Origin: Macrostomum lignano
Lineage: Eukaryota
Direction: 5' to 3'
NCBI GenBank assembly: GCA_002269645.1
Contig: NIVC01001024.1
Span: 1-64,000 of the forward strand
Length of the DNA: 64,000 nucleotides
The notes beneath the pieces are model-generated. The model was not told the origin of the DNA. It worked only from the letters and a program-made list of their open reading frames with translations, and searched no databases. Both the position numbers and the translations under genes were made by a program. How positions within the stretch are numbered: position 1 is the stretch's first letter; each line of letters begins with the position of its first letter. Of this stretch, positions 1 to 12,307 are shown in pieces.

Positions 1-3000
1 CCTTTTCGACTACCCTGATTAACAGCTGAAAGTGGCCGAACGGAAGACTTGAGTTCGAGCCAGTCCACGCTCGCTTGTCCTCCCAGATACTGAGAGCGAG
101 CTTACGTTGCTCAATGGTGAAAAGGCGATGTTTCTCACTTCCAATTCGACGAACAGTGAGCGACAGCTTTGAAGCCCCCTTGAAAATCTTGACGTAGTCG
201 TCGTGGGAGACTTCATTCTTCAGCACGCTTCGTTGGATGCCTTTTGCTTTTGCTTTGCATGCCGCCGAGCTTTCAGCGAGGAAAGAATAGAGCTTGGGCC
301 TTAGCAGCACCCACTCAATCTGTTGCAGTCCACCAGCTTCATCTTTAATGCAGCCTAGCTTGGCCTTTAGCCGATTCGAGAAGAGAGGATGATTAGTGAA
401 AAAATTGGAGGTGTCCAAGAGGCCTTCGGCATGCAGGATTGGCAGCACTTCTCTCTGCAAACTAAGGTTCTCTAAGCTCAAAAACAACGAGTCTGTATCG
501 CCACCGCAAACTCGAACTCTTGCTCCATCACAGAATTCTAGCATGGGTTTTATTTTGTCATAGTAAAGTCGATACATGATGATCTTGGAGCGATCTAGAA
601 CACACTGCCCCATGAAGATTGGGCGATCAAGAGTTACTTCGTGCTTTTGACGCTCAAAGATGCTGAGTGACGGCGTAATGATTGTGAATGATGCGACATT
701 TGGTTGAGAAGAAACAGTCTTGGCTTTTTTCTTGTCACTGCACACTCTGATGTCCCGCCGCTTGCGCACGTTCTCCATTGTTTTGCCAAACAGGGAGTTA
801 TTTTTCAGTTTATAGAAATCCTTCTCGAAATCATTTTTCGCCATAGAGCGCTTCTCGCTATTCATCTTAATGTAGTCCGCGAAGACAGGTTCTTGCCTGA
901 ATTCGATCATCCTGTGGAGCCCATGCAACTTCATTCCGTGCGATAGATAGAATCGGAGAGCAGACGAGTGCAGTACATAGGAAAACTTGTTGTGGCATGT
1001 GAGCATTAATTTTTGTACTCCACGGTAGCGCGCAACGGTAGGATTCTCAGTCGTGTTCGCGTCGGGCTGCTGCTGCTGATGATGATGAGAATGATCATTG
1101 TCATGTTGAAGCAGTACCCATAATTCTCGCATGTACTGCGGAAATTCTTCGAAATTCTTCAACCTTTTCTCTGGGGCGAATGGAAGATCCTCCGTTGCCG
1201 TGTGGATTTCGGCTGGGTAGAGCAAATCCGCTTCGACAAGGTAGCCGATTGGAGCGTCATCATCCAGGGAAAGAAAGCGGCACTCGGACCAGGAGCACAG
1301 CTCCTCTTGACTGAGCCAGCGAAAGCCGCCAACAGGTAGGGGCATTGTGAGCGCATGACCATAAAGGTTATTAGCATCAACAGCCAGTAAACTCCTACCT
1401 GCTGGTTCATTATCATCATCACTACTTTCGCTCTGGACATGATGTACATTGACAAAAGACATTCCACCCCGAATTCCTTTCTCAAACATTTTATACATCT
1501 CGAGGTCAGTTAGCAGTTCGATCTTGACTTGAGAAGACTTTAGTGCAGAAGCGAATGATAAGCCTGGAGTTGACACAAAACACCGGATCTAGCTTGTCTT
1601 CCTGCAAACTCAGCCTTCGAAACCCTTCAAAGATATCTGCTAGTTGCCTGATGTCCAGCTCCAAGTAGCAGAGCATGTAATCGCGCAATGTTGTAGATTC
1701 GAATTCAGTCCAGGCCTTCTGCGCATGCCGATACTCCGCCTCGGTACAGTGGCTGTTGGTGAGTCGGTTAAAAAAGCTTTCTACTTTTGGTAGTTGGCGA
1801 TCATCAAGCGCATTCAAATTCGAGAGATAATCATACGGGAAAACTCCCTTACTAAACAGTACATCGCTTGAGAGATTTGGATACTTTGATCGCATCGCAT
1901 TAGTGATGGGACAGTTGTCCTCCGGCAAGTTCTTAATAAGTTGAGAGAGACTGCTGTGTAGGAATTGCAGTGAGTCGATGAATTGTAGCGTGAAAAACAG
2001 GGGCTTTTTTACGCCATCTTTCTCATACTCATCAATCTGGAACTCGACCCTCATGGAGAGGTACGACTCAGCAGTTTGGGGGATGACGCTCACCCTCCAA
2101 CCAGTCATGTCACCCAGCGCAGTTGAGAAAATCAAATGCAGGTCATATCCGCGAAGATTGTGGAAAACTATTGGCAAAAATCGCCGTTTCAGCCGAGCAA
2201 GCTTGTTACACGAAGCGCAGGCAGCACCCTTGTATTCACCGCTGAGGTGGTCGTGATCCCAGTGCTTGTCAGAAGATGAAATGAACACTGCATTGCATAA
2301 ATAGCACTGTGTGGAATCTTGAAAGCTGCGCCTGTTGTCATCTCTGTTTCTGTCAGCAATCTGATGACTAAACTCGCTATTCCAACCATAAACTTCACGA
2401 GCAAGACGTTCGAGTGAGGCCAAAAACTGTTTCACGACAGAATTCGGATTGGGTCCGCTGCAGAGGAAAACATCCTCACTCGGCCTCAGAATTTTGCTGC
2501 TCATACCCTCTCTTGGAATAACAATGTAGCCAGCAGCTACAGGTACATGCTCAGTTAACTTGGTGACAGTAACTTCTCTTTCAGGCTTCACTGGTTCACG
2601 TGGGGTGTTCAGAGCTTCAAAATCTGCGTAGACAACAAATGGGGGACTGATTGTCTTTTCCCAAGCCATGAACTGCATTGTGTTGCTACTTGCATCAGGC
2701 ATGCGCTCCATGATGGCTGGTTTCAGTTGAGGATTGCAGCTGTCTCGATGCTGCTCCAACTCTTCCTGGAATCGAAACGGAGAAATGCACTTCTCACACC
2801 ATTTGCGATTCCTCAGACCTTTTTTGCTGTTCAGGAGCCGGTCCAGGTTCGAAACTGCACACCAGTGTCCAGTCCCACAATTCTCATCACCACCATCATC
2901 ATCATCAGCATCATCGGAGCTGGAGTTGCGAAGCAAGAGTAGAGGAATAACCTTGCGAGAGGCACAAATCCCAGGAAGAGGCTGGCGAATGACATAGGCC

Positions 3001-3734
3001 TCATCATCTTCCCAGCTAAAAACTGTGAAACAGATTTCGGAATTCTTTTCCTCTATAACGTCTAAATCGGAAATTGCGACTGGTAGTGCGATGCCGCTCA
3101 GATCGATTTCATCCAACCATCTGCTGTAAGTTGTTAGTCGATGGCAAGACTTCATCACACCTGGATCTCTGTTGTGCAGGTAAGCGAGACAGGCAAACAG
3201 AAAGCAATTGTTTCCATCGCTCGGTGGGTTGATTATGGCCTTCTTAACGGCCAGCTGATTGGGCAAAGAAAAATTCGCGCATCGTCCACGATAGTAGCGA
3301 ATGCGATCACTGAGGGCAGAGCACAGATCAAAATAGTTGATTTGCTCAACTATCCAACCGCTCCCATTTGAATTGTAGGCATCAATCTTGCGTTCCAGCT
3401 CAGAAAACTGCTGCAACCACCACAATTCAAAATCTCTTAGATCAGAGAGAAGCTCAAGACCGCATGCGATCCACTTATCTTCTGCATTGATTACCGCAGC
3501 TTCCTTGATTCTCACCATTCTAATGTTGAACTTAAGCTGCGCTCGAATAGATTTATTCTCGGATGAATCGAATCTCATCTCAACAGCCTGTAGCACTGCA
3601 AACTTCGTTGATGATAAAAAATGAAATGGCTCGAGACCTCTTGATGCTGGAGTGAAGCGTCTGACCTGCAGCGTATCATCATGCGCACTAGCGTGAATAG
3701 CCGAGCTGAATTGAATGCCTGCATGAATTAGCAT
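1..3734 (-). pseudogene. Protein-primed family-B DNA polymerase (DNA_pol_B_2 type) with endonuclease-VII-like motif; Polinton/Maverick-like; frameshifted
   Basis: ORF 1506-3734 has exonuclease-region motifs VVYADFE, FHNLRGYD, FIDS, KGVFPYDY and a CYLC...DHDHLSGEYKGAACASCN motif. Hand translation across frame changes near 1580, 1010, 705 and 520 recovers GIRGG, DANNLYG (motif A), KLKNNSLFGKTMEN (motif B), GGDTDS (motif C), KDE, KAKAKG and the C-terminal EDKR...LPFGH. That frame is still open at the window edge. Confidence 0.92.
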
Positions 3735-3810
3735 GTTGTTGGATGTACGCGTTTCACTCGACAGTTAAAATATATATAAATCATATTCCTGATTCCACCT
3801 CATTATTGTG

Positions 3811-4342
3811 CGGGAATCGGTTAATCAGGAATCAGGAATCGGGAATCAGTGAATCGGGAATCGGTGAATCGGGAATCAGTGAATCGGGAATCGGTGAATC
3901 GGGAATCGGTGAATCGGGAATCGGCGAATCGGGAATCGGTGAATCGGGAATCGGCGAATCGGGAATCGGTGAATCGGGAATCGGCGAATCAGGAATCGGT
4001 GAATCGGTAATCAGTGAATCAGGAATCGGGAATCAGTGAATCGGGAATCGGGAATCGGGAATCGGTGAATCGGCGAATCGGGAATCGGTGAATCGGGAAT
4101 CGGTGAATCGGTGAATCGAGAATCAGTGAATCGGTGAATCGGCGAATCGGGAATCGGTGAATCGGCGATTCGGGAATCGGTGAATCGGGAATCGGTGAAT
4201 CGGTGAATCGAGAATCAGTGAATCGGTGAATCGGCGAATCGGGAATCGGTGAATCGGCGATTCGGGAATCGGTGAATCGGGAATCAGTGAATCGGTGAAT
4301 CGGTGAATCGGGAATCGGTGAATCGGCGAATCGGGAATCGGG
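3811..4342. repeat. Tandem satellite built from GAATCGG/GGGAATCGGTGAATC (about 15-bp unit with 7-8-bp subunits)
   Basis: Continuous array read directly; explains the ESGIG-repeat ORF 3743-4039. Confidence 0.95.
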
Positions 4343-5120
4343 TTTCGTGACTACTTTTGCTTGTATTTATAGAGGGAAGAGTCTACTTTACTGGCTTTAC
4401 TAATCACATTGGATTGACTCACTGGTTGGTTCGATTTCGATAGCAAAATTGGTAGACTCAAGCGGCCGATCACTTGCTGATGATGATGATGAAGTGTGTC
4501 TCGAAGAAGCCATCTCGGTTCGGTTGATGACACGGCTTAGAGCATTTTCGATGAGAATTACAGGAGGAAATTTGCTGAAATACATATTTGTGAAATTATT
4601 TTTTCTTGCAAAAGTAAATTCAAATCCCTAATTTGTGGATGTACGCTCGTATTAAGTGTACATATTTTCGAAAGTTGTACTTCGGGTCTTGTCGTTACGT
4701 GCCAAATTTCGGGGTCTCATAAAGGGTTTAATAAAAGGGTCTTATGAAACGAATTCTAAAAATTCAAAATAACTCAAAGCTGGAAACTTTTCCAAAATTC
4801 TGCGCTTCATTGCGCTTTAAAACTTATATTTTAAAAATGCAATGATACGCTACATTATTAGAAGCACAAGTTAAAGAAGGAGATTACAAACCCAACCAGA
4901 ATCAAACCCAATCTGCATTCACACCCAAGCACAGCTTGCAATTGATCAACGCGCACTGCCTGCATAAATATGAACTTTAAAAATAGCAATGAGATGTTGA
5001 AAAGAAAAATAAACATTATTCACTTTTTCAATATACGGATAATCATGCATCTCGCAATTTAATTCAACACAAAATGTTGCTAAATTAATATTTAACGACT
5101 GGTACATTAGAATTATTAGT

Positions 5121-5996
5121 TTAGAATTGAGAATTGCTCAGGCGAATACGGAAAGCCCCTCCCAAGTCAATCCAATATTCACCCGTAACACTGTTGGGCA
5201 GAACCAGCTGGATGCAGAGAGGTGCTGGCTGCTGCACTTCATTAGCGGCCGCAGGCTGAACCTCAGTCGGTGGCGGCGGTGGTGGAGGCGCAGGGCCTGA
5301 GTCCATATCGCGAATCAGGTCGGACAGGCTGACTTCGACCGCAGGCTGAACCTCAGTCGGTGGCGGCGGTGGTGGAGGCGCAGGGCCTGAGTCCATATCG
5401 CGAATCACGTCGGACAGGCTGACTTCTGCCAGCATCCTGGCACGCTCCATATTTTTTCCGGGAACAGGGATTGCACGCCGCTGCTGCTGCTGTTGCATTT
5501 CTTGCTGCTCCTGTGCTTCAGGCTCACCATCGAGGTTCTCGAAGAAAGCGGTGTCCAGCTCATTCAGCTCGAAGTCAGGGGTGCCACCTCCATCAGCAGC
5601 ATCAAGCAGGGGAGCTCCGACATCACCGTCGAGTAGAGCAGCAGAAGCAGCAGCAGGCTGGGCGTTGGGCTGGTCACCAGTGTTCGTTGATCGGCCGCAT
5701 AAGCTCGTGATAACTTGACTCAAAGTGCTCACCGGCTCTCGAATGTGTTCTGCCGCCCTGTTGCGTTCCTCTTGACGTGCAACTTCCAGAGCAGTAATGC
5801 GTGCCTGCTCGCGGTCCTCAGCAGAGCTCCAGTTAACAGTCGAATGATTTTTATGCCTTTTGATTTGGCCTCTAACAGTGAAGAGTTCAACGGACTGGCA
5901 TTCATGGCATAGTAGCCATCGGGTGACACTGCAGCCTTCATTCGCTACATGGTGCTTTAGTCCACCGAGCATACTAATATTGCAGGTGACACACAC
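5121..5996 (-). CDS. Hypothetical 291-aa protein: Cys/His-rich N-terminus, Gln tract, duplicated 30-aa Pro-rich unit; possibly an accessory gene of the Polinton-like element
   Basis: Long ORF co-oriented with the pPolB; CxxC/CHEC/H residues at the N-terminus; near-perfect 90-bp tandem duplication (5251-5427). No family recognised; annotated start is GTG, so the true start is uncertain. Confidence 0.5.
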   Translation of the reverse strand: MCVTCNISMLGGLKHHVANEGCSVTRWLLCHECQSVELFTVRGQIKRHKNHSTVNWSSAEDREQARITALEVARQEERNRAAEHIREPVSTLSQVITSLCGRSTNTGDQPNAQPAAASAALLDGDVGAPLLDAADGGGTPDFELNELDTAFFENLDGEPEAQEQQEMQQQQQRRAIPVPGKNMERARMLAEVSLSDVIRDMDSGPAPPPPPPPTEVQPAVEVSLSDLIRDMDSGPAPPPPPPPTEVQPAAANEVQQPAPLCIQLVLPNSVTGEYWIDLGGAFRIRLSNSQF

Positions 5997-6559
5997 CTCA
6001 TGAACGTAGGATGGGCACCGAGAATGGCTTATGGTTTAAAATTTAATCAAGGGTTTTTTGTGAAAATTTGAAATTTCGAAGTCCGTTTAAATATCAACAA
6101 AATCTATTTTTAATGGCTCAGTAGAATTTTTCAGTCCTTATATCCAAATCACCAGGCAATATCGCCCATATGTACACATACAGATATGTTTACACGTTAC
6201 ATATGTGTATGACTAATTATTTTCTTACCGTTATTGAACGATAATAATAATAAAACTGATAACATTCCCCCGTCGCGTGCATCAGATAGTTCTAAAGACC
6301 TCCACCCCAGACCTGCACCCCACTTCCCGCGGCCAAATCAGCAGTATCAAGAAAAACAATAACAAGGCAATAAACGGCTCTTTGCAAGCTCACTTTCACA
6401 ACAAATTCAGTCCAATTTGCGAGACTCGTACAAAAGTGCGGAGGAACTCATGAACATAGGCCTATATATTCCCACTGCCAACAAAGTTTAAATATTGTGG
6501 AGATCGGAAGCCAGGTTCACCCAATTCTCAATTAACTATGGCTAATGTACACTAGAGAA

Positions 6560-7129
6560 GTTTTTTACTATTTTTAGAGAATCAGTTTTGGGCTTCCCAG
6601 GAACTTATGCTGCTTTCCCCGCGGCAGAGTCCACCAATCCATTTACATAGAGCTCTATTCGGCTTTTCATTGAAGATCGAGTAGGAAAATGAAAAGCGTC
6701 GAATTTTTCTATTCTATTTTTGTCTACTTCTTAAAGGATAAAAACATGTCTATCTAAAATCTAGAAACTAGTATTCTTTTTGAAATGTTTGAAATGTTAT
6801 TTCAAATTCGTCCTTTCGTTTCTATAGAAATACGACAAAGGATCGAGAAAATTTCTCGAACCGAATTCCAGAATCGGATCACGGTTCTGGAACCGACTAT
6901 GAAGACGGAACAGACAATATGAAAAGCTTCGAACCGATTCTGGTTCTGGAATCGGTAATATGAAAAGCCCGTATATTTCGCTCTCCGACCCCCCCCCCAT
7001 GGAAATTCCGTGGCTTTCCCTGCGGCAGAGTCCACCAATGCATTTACATAGGCGCTATGTTTACACACTATAGGCCCGTGGTTTTCCCACGGAAATTCCT
7101 GCGGCAGAGTCCACATTTCCCCTACTACT
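6560..7129. mobile_element. Candidate terminal region of the Polinton-like element
   Basis: Three copies of GCGGCAGAGTCCAC and an ending ...CCCCTACTACT (reverse complement begins AGTAGTAG). The partner terminus lies outside the window, so this cannot be confirmed. Confidence 0.3.
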
Positions 7130-7435
7130 ATCTTAACATTAGCCCCCACCACCCAGCCACAACGTGCATGTGGCATCGAAACTCTCTGATGCTCAAGTCT
7201 CCAAATCCTTGAATGGACTTACGAGCTCTTTGAAAGTAATAAAACATTCATCTTAACTTTAGTCCCCACCACCCAACCACAACGTGGACATGGCATTGTC
7301 AAACTATGTTGATGCTTGAGTCCTAATTCCATGGATTTAAGAATTCCCCTCACTTTAAAACAGCTCCAATGGTCTTTCATGTCACAGTTGAGTGTTATTA
7401 CTAGATACGGGAACTAGATATGGGAAATATGTGTT

Positions 7436-7705
7436 CCCGTAACCACATCCGTATCCATAGCTCGGATACTTTGCCGAAAAACCTCCGTATCCGTGACTTC
7501 CCGTAACCACATCCGTATCCATATGCTTTGCCGAAAAACCTCCGTATCCACAAATCTACCATTAAAATCCATAAATCTACCATTAGAATCCATAAATATA
7601 CCATTGGAATCCATAAATATACCATTGGAAGCCATAAATATACCATTGGAATCCATAAATATACCAATAGTATCCACAAATCTACCATTAGAATCCATAA
7701 ATCTC
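7436..7705. repeat. Minisatellite: 21-bp CCATAAATATACCATTGGAAT units preceded by a ~60-bp duplication
   Basis: Tandem units read directly; source of the repetitive ORFs 7401-7842. Confidence 0.9.
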
Positions 7706-8118
7706 AGGCATTAATTTCATTCGATCGGACGCTGCTTAGGGTCAGAACAAAGTATCTAACAGGTAGGGGTGTCCAGTTTTTAGGGTTGTTCGTCGGGTTA
7801 TTTAGGTTGGGTTTTAGGGCTATTTGGGTGAGTAATATTTAGCTTCTATTTACTAATATTGTTCCCAGACAAAATAGATATTTTACTATTAGTGAATTCC
7901 CACTCAAACCCCGCCCCTCAACTCCTATGTCGCTCGCAGATCGATGTCATCGGCTTCGAGCAACAGGTCGACGATGACACGTCAACAACGGCCCGAAGCG
8001 ACGGCGACGCCAGCTCTAGGAGCGTTGGCAACAACAGCGCGTCGAAACCGGACCTGAACAATGGGCAGAATTTCACCGATTTTGCCATCTTCACCGTGGC
8101 CGACGCGCGAGTGGTGGT

Positions 8119-8119
<1 letters not shown>

Positions 8120-8167
<48 letters not shown>
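8120..8167. repeat. (GGC)n microsatellite
   Basis: About 15 consecutive GGC units. Confidence 0.95.
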
Positions 8168-8209
8168 AATGCTGGCGATTCGAGGAGTCGAGTTCAACGG
8201 AGTTCAGGT

Positions 8210-9021
8210 GGAGCTTCTAGACCAGGTGGCACCAGGTGACTACGGACACGCTGTTCCGAAATCCTCTAGTTCCGCCGATCATGCCTTGACAGTGGGCAAG
8301 CCTCAATTGCTGGACATTCTCAGCTAGTTTCTCGAGCATTCCGTCATCACCCCGACGCCGTCGGCACCTTAAACAGATCACACCAGGCGACTATGGACAC
8401 GCTGTTGCGATTTTTTTATTTCGCTGACCAAGCATCAATAATGGGCAAACTTTTAACTCCTGGTTATCCTCAGCTAGACTCTCAAACAGTCTATCATCAC
8501 CCGACATGATTACGTAAGTTCGTGATGACGTAATTTGTTAATTAAACTGTAAATTGAATCGAAGATTCACGAAGAAAAAAATTACTAGAAGTTATCTATT
8601 TTTGTGAAGTGAAGATCAAGCCACAATATACTAAATCTCTAAGTTACTAAAATTGTTTTAAAATTTTGGGTATCCATAGTCAAGGTTTCACCTTCATGAG
8701 GGTTCCGATGACGGCTGAATGACGACCGAATGCTTGAGAAACTAGTTGGGGTTGCCTAGCAGTTCAGGTTGAGGTTTGCCCATCATTGAAGCTTGATAAG
8801 AAAAAGCTGACATAGTTGCAGCAAGATGTCCATAGTCACATGGTGCCACCTTTTGAAGGTGCTGACGGCGTCCGGTGATGACGGAATGCTTGAGAAACTA
8901 GCTGAGAATGTCCAGCAATTGAGGCTTGCCCACTGTCAAGGCATGATCGGCGGAACTAGAGAATTTCGAAACAGCGTTTCCGTAGTCACCTGGTGCCACC
9001 TGTTGAAGGTCCAGAAGCTCC
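8210..9021. repeat. Large imperfect inverted repeat (foldback-like); each arm has two ~170-bp subunits around an AT-rich spacer
   Basis: 8222-8351 is the near-exact reverse complement of 8873-9000; a more diverged inner pair lies at ~8380-8500 / ~8700-8850. Confidence 0.85.
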
Positions 9022-9335
9022 GTCTGAATGAAAGTCAGTGACCAACGAAGTCAGAGCTGATGCAGACACATGTGCTCGACGTGCTGATGAAATTTGGAGG
9101 CTTGGCAAGGCCGCACTGACGCGCAGTGCTGATTGGCGCACAGGGGTGCACTGAATACACTGGCACTTATGGTAAAAATCCGACCTTCTGGCAGAATCGT
9201 CGAATATCTCGACGGTCTGGAGGGCTGGCGACTTGATTCTTGTTTGAGAAGGTGCGCAACAAAAGTCAGCCCGTGTTCTTGAATTTCGTGTGCCTGCGTT
9301 GCTCTGTTTCGGCGCAGTAAAAAAATTGTCAGGGG
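8940..9335 (-). repeat. Dispersed repeat, inverted homolog of 14660-15070
   Basis: Shared strings such as GAGCAACGCAGGCACACGAAATTCAA, AAGAATCAAGTCGCCAGC and CTTGCCAAGCCTCC in opposite orientation. Confidence 0.8.
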
Positions 9336-9364
9336 GGGAATTCTCCCTCTTGATAATTCTACTG

Positions 9365-9410
9365 TTAATGTGACTGCACTTGGAATCGAGCCTGGGCCGC
9401 AGCGGGCCCA
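9365..9410 (-). mobile_element. Fragment of tRNA-derived SINE head (same family as 20642-21000)
   Basis: TTAATGTGACTGCACTTGGAATCGAGCCTGGG nearly matches 20922-20953. Confidence 0.6.
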
Positions 9411-12307
9411 CGAACTAATACGAATCTAATAGCGCCAGGTCTTCATCTAGAGCTCAAAAGTCGGAAGACAACCGTGGTTGGACAATTTTTATCAGATAAT
9501 TTTAATTTAGCACTGATAGTCTATGGTTGTACGAGTGCTTGGCATTGGGATTGGTGTTCTAGAAGTCAAAGCATTAATTCTGTTGTACTTCAACTCAACT
9601 TTAAGCTACTCTACTGTGGTAAAGTAGACAAGCTAGCAGCAAAAATGCCTGCGAGACTAGGAAAAACGGAGCAGAGGGAGGCTAGAGTGCCCAGATCTAC
9701 CTCATCATCAACCGCATCATCCATAGCCGAAGTGATGGGGTGTCTCTATGCTGATAATAATTTATGGTTTTCAGTCACTTTTTATATCCCATCATTTTAG
9801 TGGTAAAATCTGCGGTGTGAGATTTTTTAATCACCTGAAAAAACAGCCAATTTTAGGGCAAATGCGTAAGGTGCAAATCTAAAATCTATATTTATTTGCG
9901 GATACAACTTATTTGCTGATCCATTATGCTTGAACAACATTTTTTTGCAGTCTCGTCATAATTTCTGACCAATTAGCTATATTTACAGTCTCATTATACC
10001 TGAAAAAAGTTATTTTTTTAAGATCCACGATATTTTCTTCTATGCAGCTGTGCAGCACATCTATACAAATACGATCGCAGTGGCCAACCACCCCCCGGCA
10101 TCGCCGTCAGATTATCGGACCCGCGAATGGCGTCGGCATTGAGGCTGCGCCAGTCAATATGGGTGAAATTGGGACACAAAACAGAGCTAGGAAGCTGGCC
10201 CACGATCTACAGCTGAAGCTCATAGCGCCAGTTCTTCATTTAGAGAAGCTTGAAGCCGGTCGGCAGACGACCCTGGTTAGACCGAACTTTCAGCAGAGCG
10301 CTTTAATTGTGTACGCAAGCAAGCACTCATAACACACGCTCACACAGGGTGTTCATCTGCTCTGAATTTTCAATCGTCAGTCTTGCCCACTCTCTGTGCC
10401 CTGTGGCTGTGAATCGCTGGACAACGTCTGGCAAATGAACCAGCTGGAGTCGCGGCGCGAGTCAGACTCGTTACTACTGAGTTGTCCTGCCCCATTTGCT
10501 CCATGGGATCCCCACCATGAGACAGGCGCAGGAGTTTCAAGCCATGTAATTTAGAAATCGATAAATCGTGAAAGATTCTGCTATTAAAAATGTGAAATTT
10601 TGAGCTTATGAAAACAACGATTTTGTCGTTTTGGGAACACAATCTTGCATTAATGATCATTTTGAGTGCCACTTGAGATATTTCGAGGGAATGATGCTAA
10701 TGATCAGGAAATGGTACTTGACTTGAAATAATGCTGAGAGGGATGTGCTGAGTGGATTTTCACTGAATGGGATTTAACAATGTTGACCTGGAGCGTAGCT
10801 GGGAGATCGCTCAGTGACACACAAAATTGCTGTGTTTTGCCGAGCTGCTTAATATATTCATGAGATCGCAAAACAAAAAACACTAATCAAAATATCTCAT
10901 CGATAAATTTATTTATTTTGGTATTGATTGAGCTTATGGTTGGGGTTGGTGCTCTAGACGTAGAAGTATCAATTCTACTGTGCACGACTCCAAATCAAAT
11001 TTAATTAACTCTAACATGGCAAAGTAAAAGACTACTGTAAAAAGCAGCAAAAATGCTTACGAAACCAGGAAAAGAGAACAGGAGAAAGGTTGGAGAACCA
11101 GATCCCCTTCATCATCCTTTCATCCCTCAATGGGGACTTTTCTGCCCTATGCAGCCATGATACCATGGCTAATACGAAATTTTTATTCCTTTTTGCTTTG
11201 GCCCTAATGTGAAACAGCAACGAAAGACTTTGTAAATACTAATCCGTCAGGAAAATGAATGTTTAACTGCGGAAAATTGCAAAACAGACTTTCTCGGTCA
11301 ATACAGTGACAAGGGTCAATATAAGACATTGGTTTGCAGCGCATTCGGGTGAGCTTATAACTGAGCAGATCAGAGCAGCTGTCGAAGATGAAGAACTTAG
11401 AAACTGGGTCCTTGTATTGTATCGTGACTTTGACAGGAACTCAAAATGCACATGTAGGGGCTCAGAGTAACAAGTACAGGGCACTGTAGGGATGCGCTGT
11501 AGATTTCAATAAGCGGATTTGGAATGCATCTTATAAGCTCTACCAGGTACTTTTGACCAGTTTGCCACCGCTCAGGTTTTTGCATCGTGGAAGCACCCCT
11601 AAACCCTCATCCAGCGCTGGAGCATCCCTGTCCGTATGACGTTTAAAATAGTTAAATCTGTGTGCTTGCGCTAAATCAGACATTTCCTGTCAGTATATTT
11701 TCCGATCCTTTCATGCATTTCAATTTAATGAGACTCAGTGCTCTCCTGCCTGCGTCATGGCCTCGAGGCCTTAGTCAGAGCTCGACGACTTCTAGATCCG
11801 ACACACCCCAAACCTCATCAGTTAGCCCATAGCTTTTTATAGAGGTAATTATACCAGACTTTTACGAGCGTATAATTATTCTAATGATTGATTGTTTGAA
11901 TAACTCCTGAAAAGCCCTTGATTCGGGTGCTCATTTCAGCAAGTGTCTTGGATGCGCATCCCGCACGAAAATCGATTAAAAAGATGTCACGAGCTGCACC
12001 TGACCTATTTGTTCGTGTATGTACATGTCCAACTGCTAGTTCCTGTTTTTTAATACTTGATTATTACAAATTACAGACTACAAGATTAACTGGGTAAAAG
12101 GTTTGCACTTTTGTATTTCTGCTCGAATAAAAATACATTAATTTCCAGAAGAAATCGGACCAAAGTAATAGTACAAGCCGCGTATTCAGTCATATAGGAA
12201 TAGAAATGGTCTAAAAAGTGCTAAAAAGTAGAAATTTTCAGCTTAGGCGGCCGACGCTACAGTAATTAGCAGAATACCGGGGAACGATCGAAACCAGTGA
12301 AGTAATT

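Noticed and set aside
3743-4039. ESGIG-repeat protein
   Set aside because: The satellite continues past the stop and breaks frame; the ORF is a by-product. Same reasoning for ORFs over 7401-7842, 33323-33799, 37434-38010 and 52163-52637.
7859-8327. Poly-Gly/Ala/Pro ORFs
   Set aside because: Created by the (GGC)n tract and running into a repeat arm; no other coding evidence.
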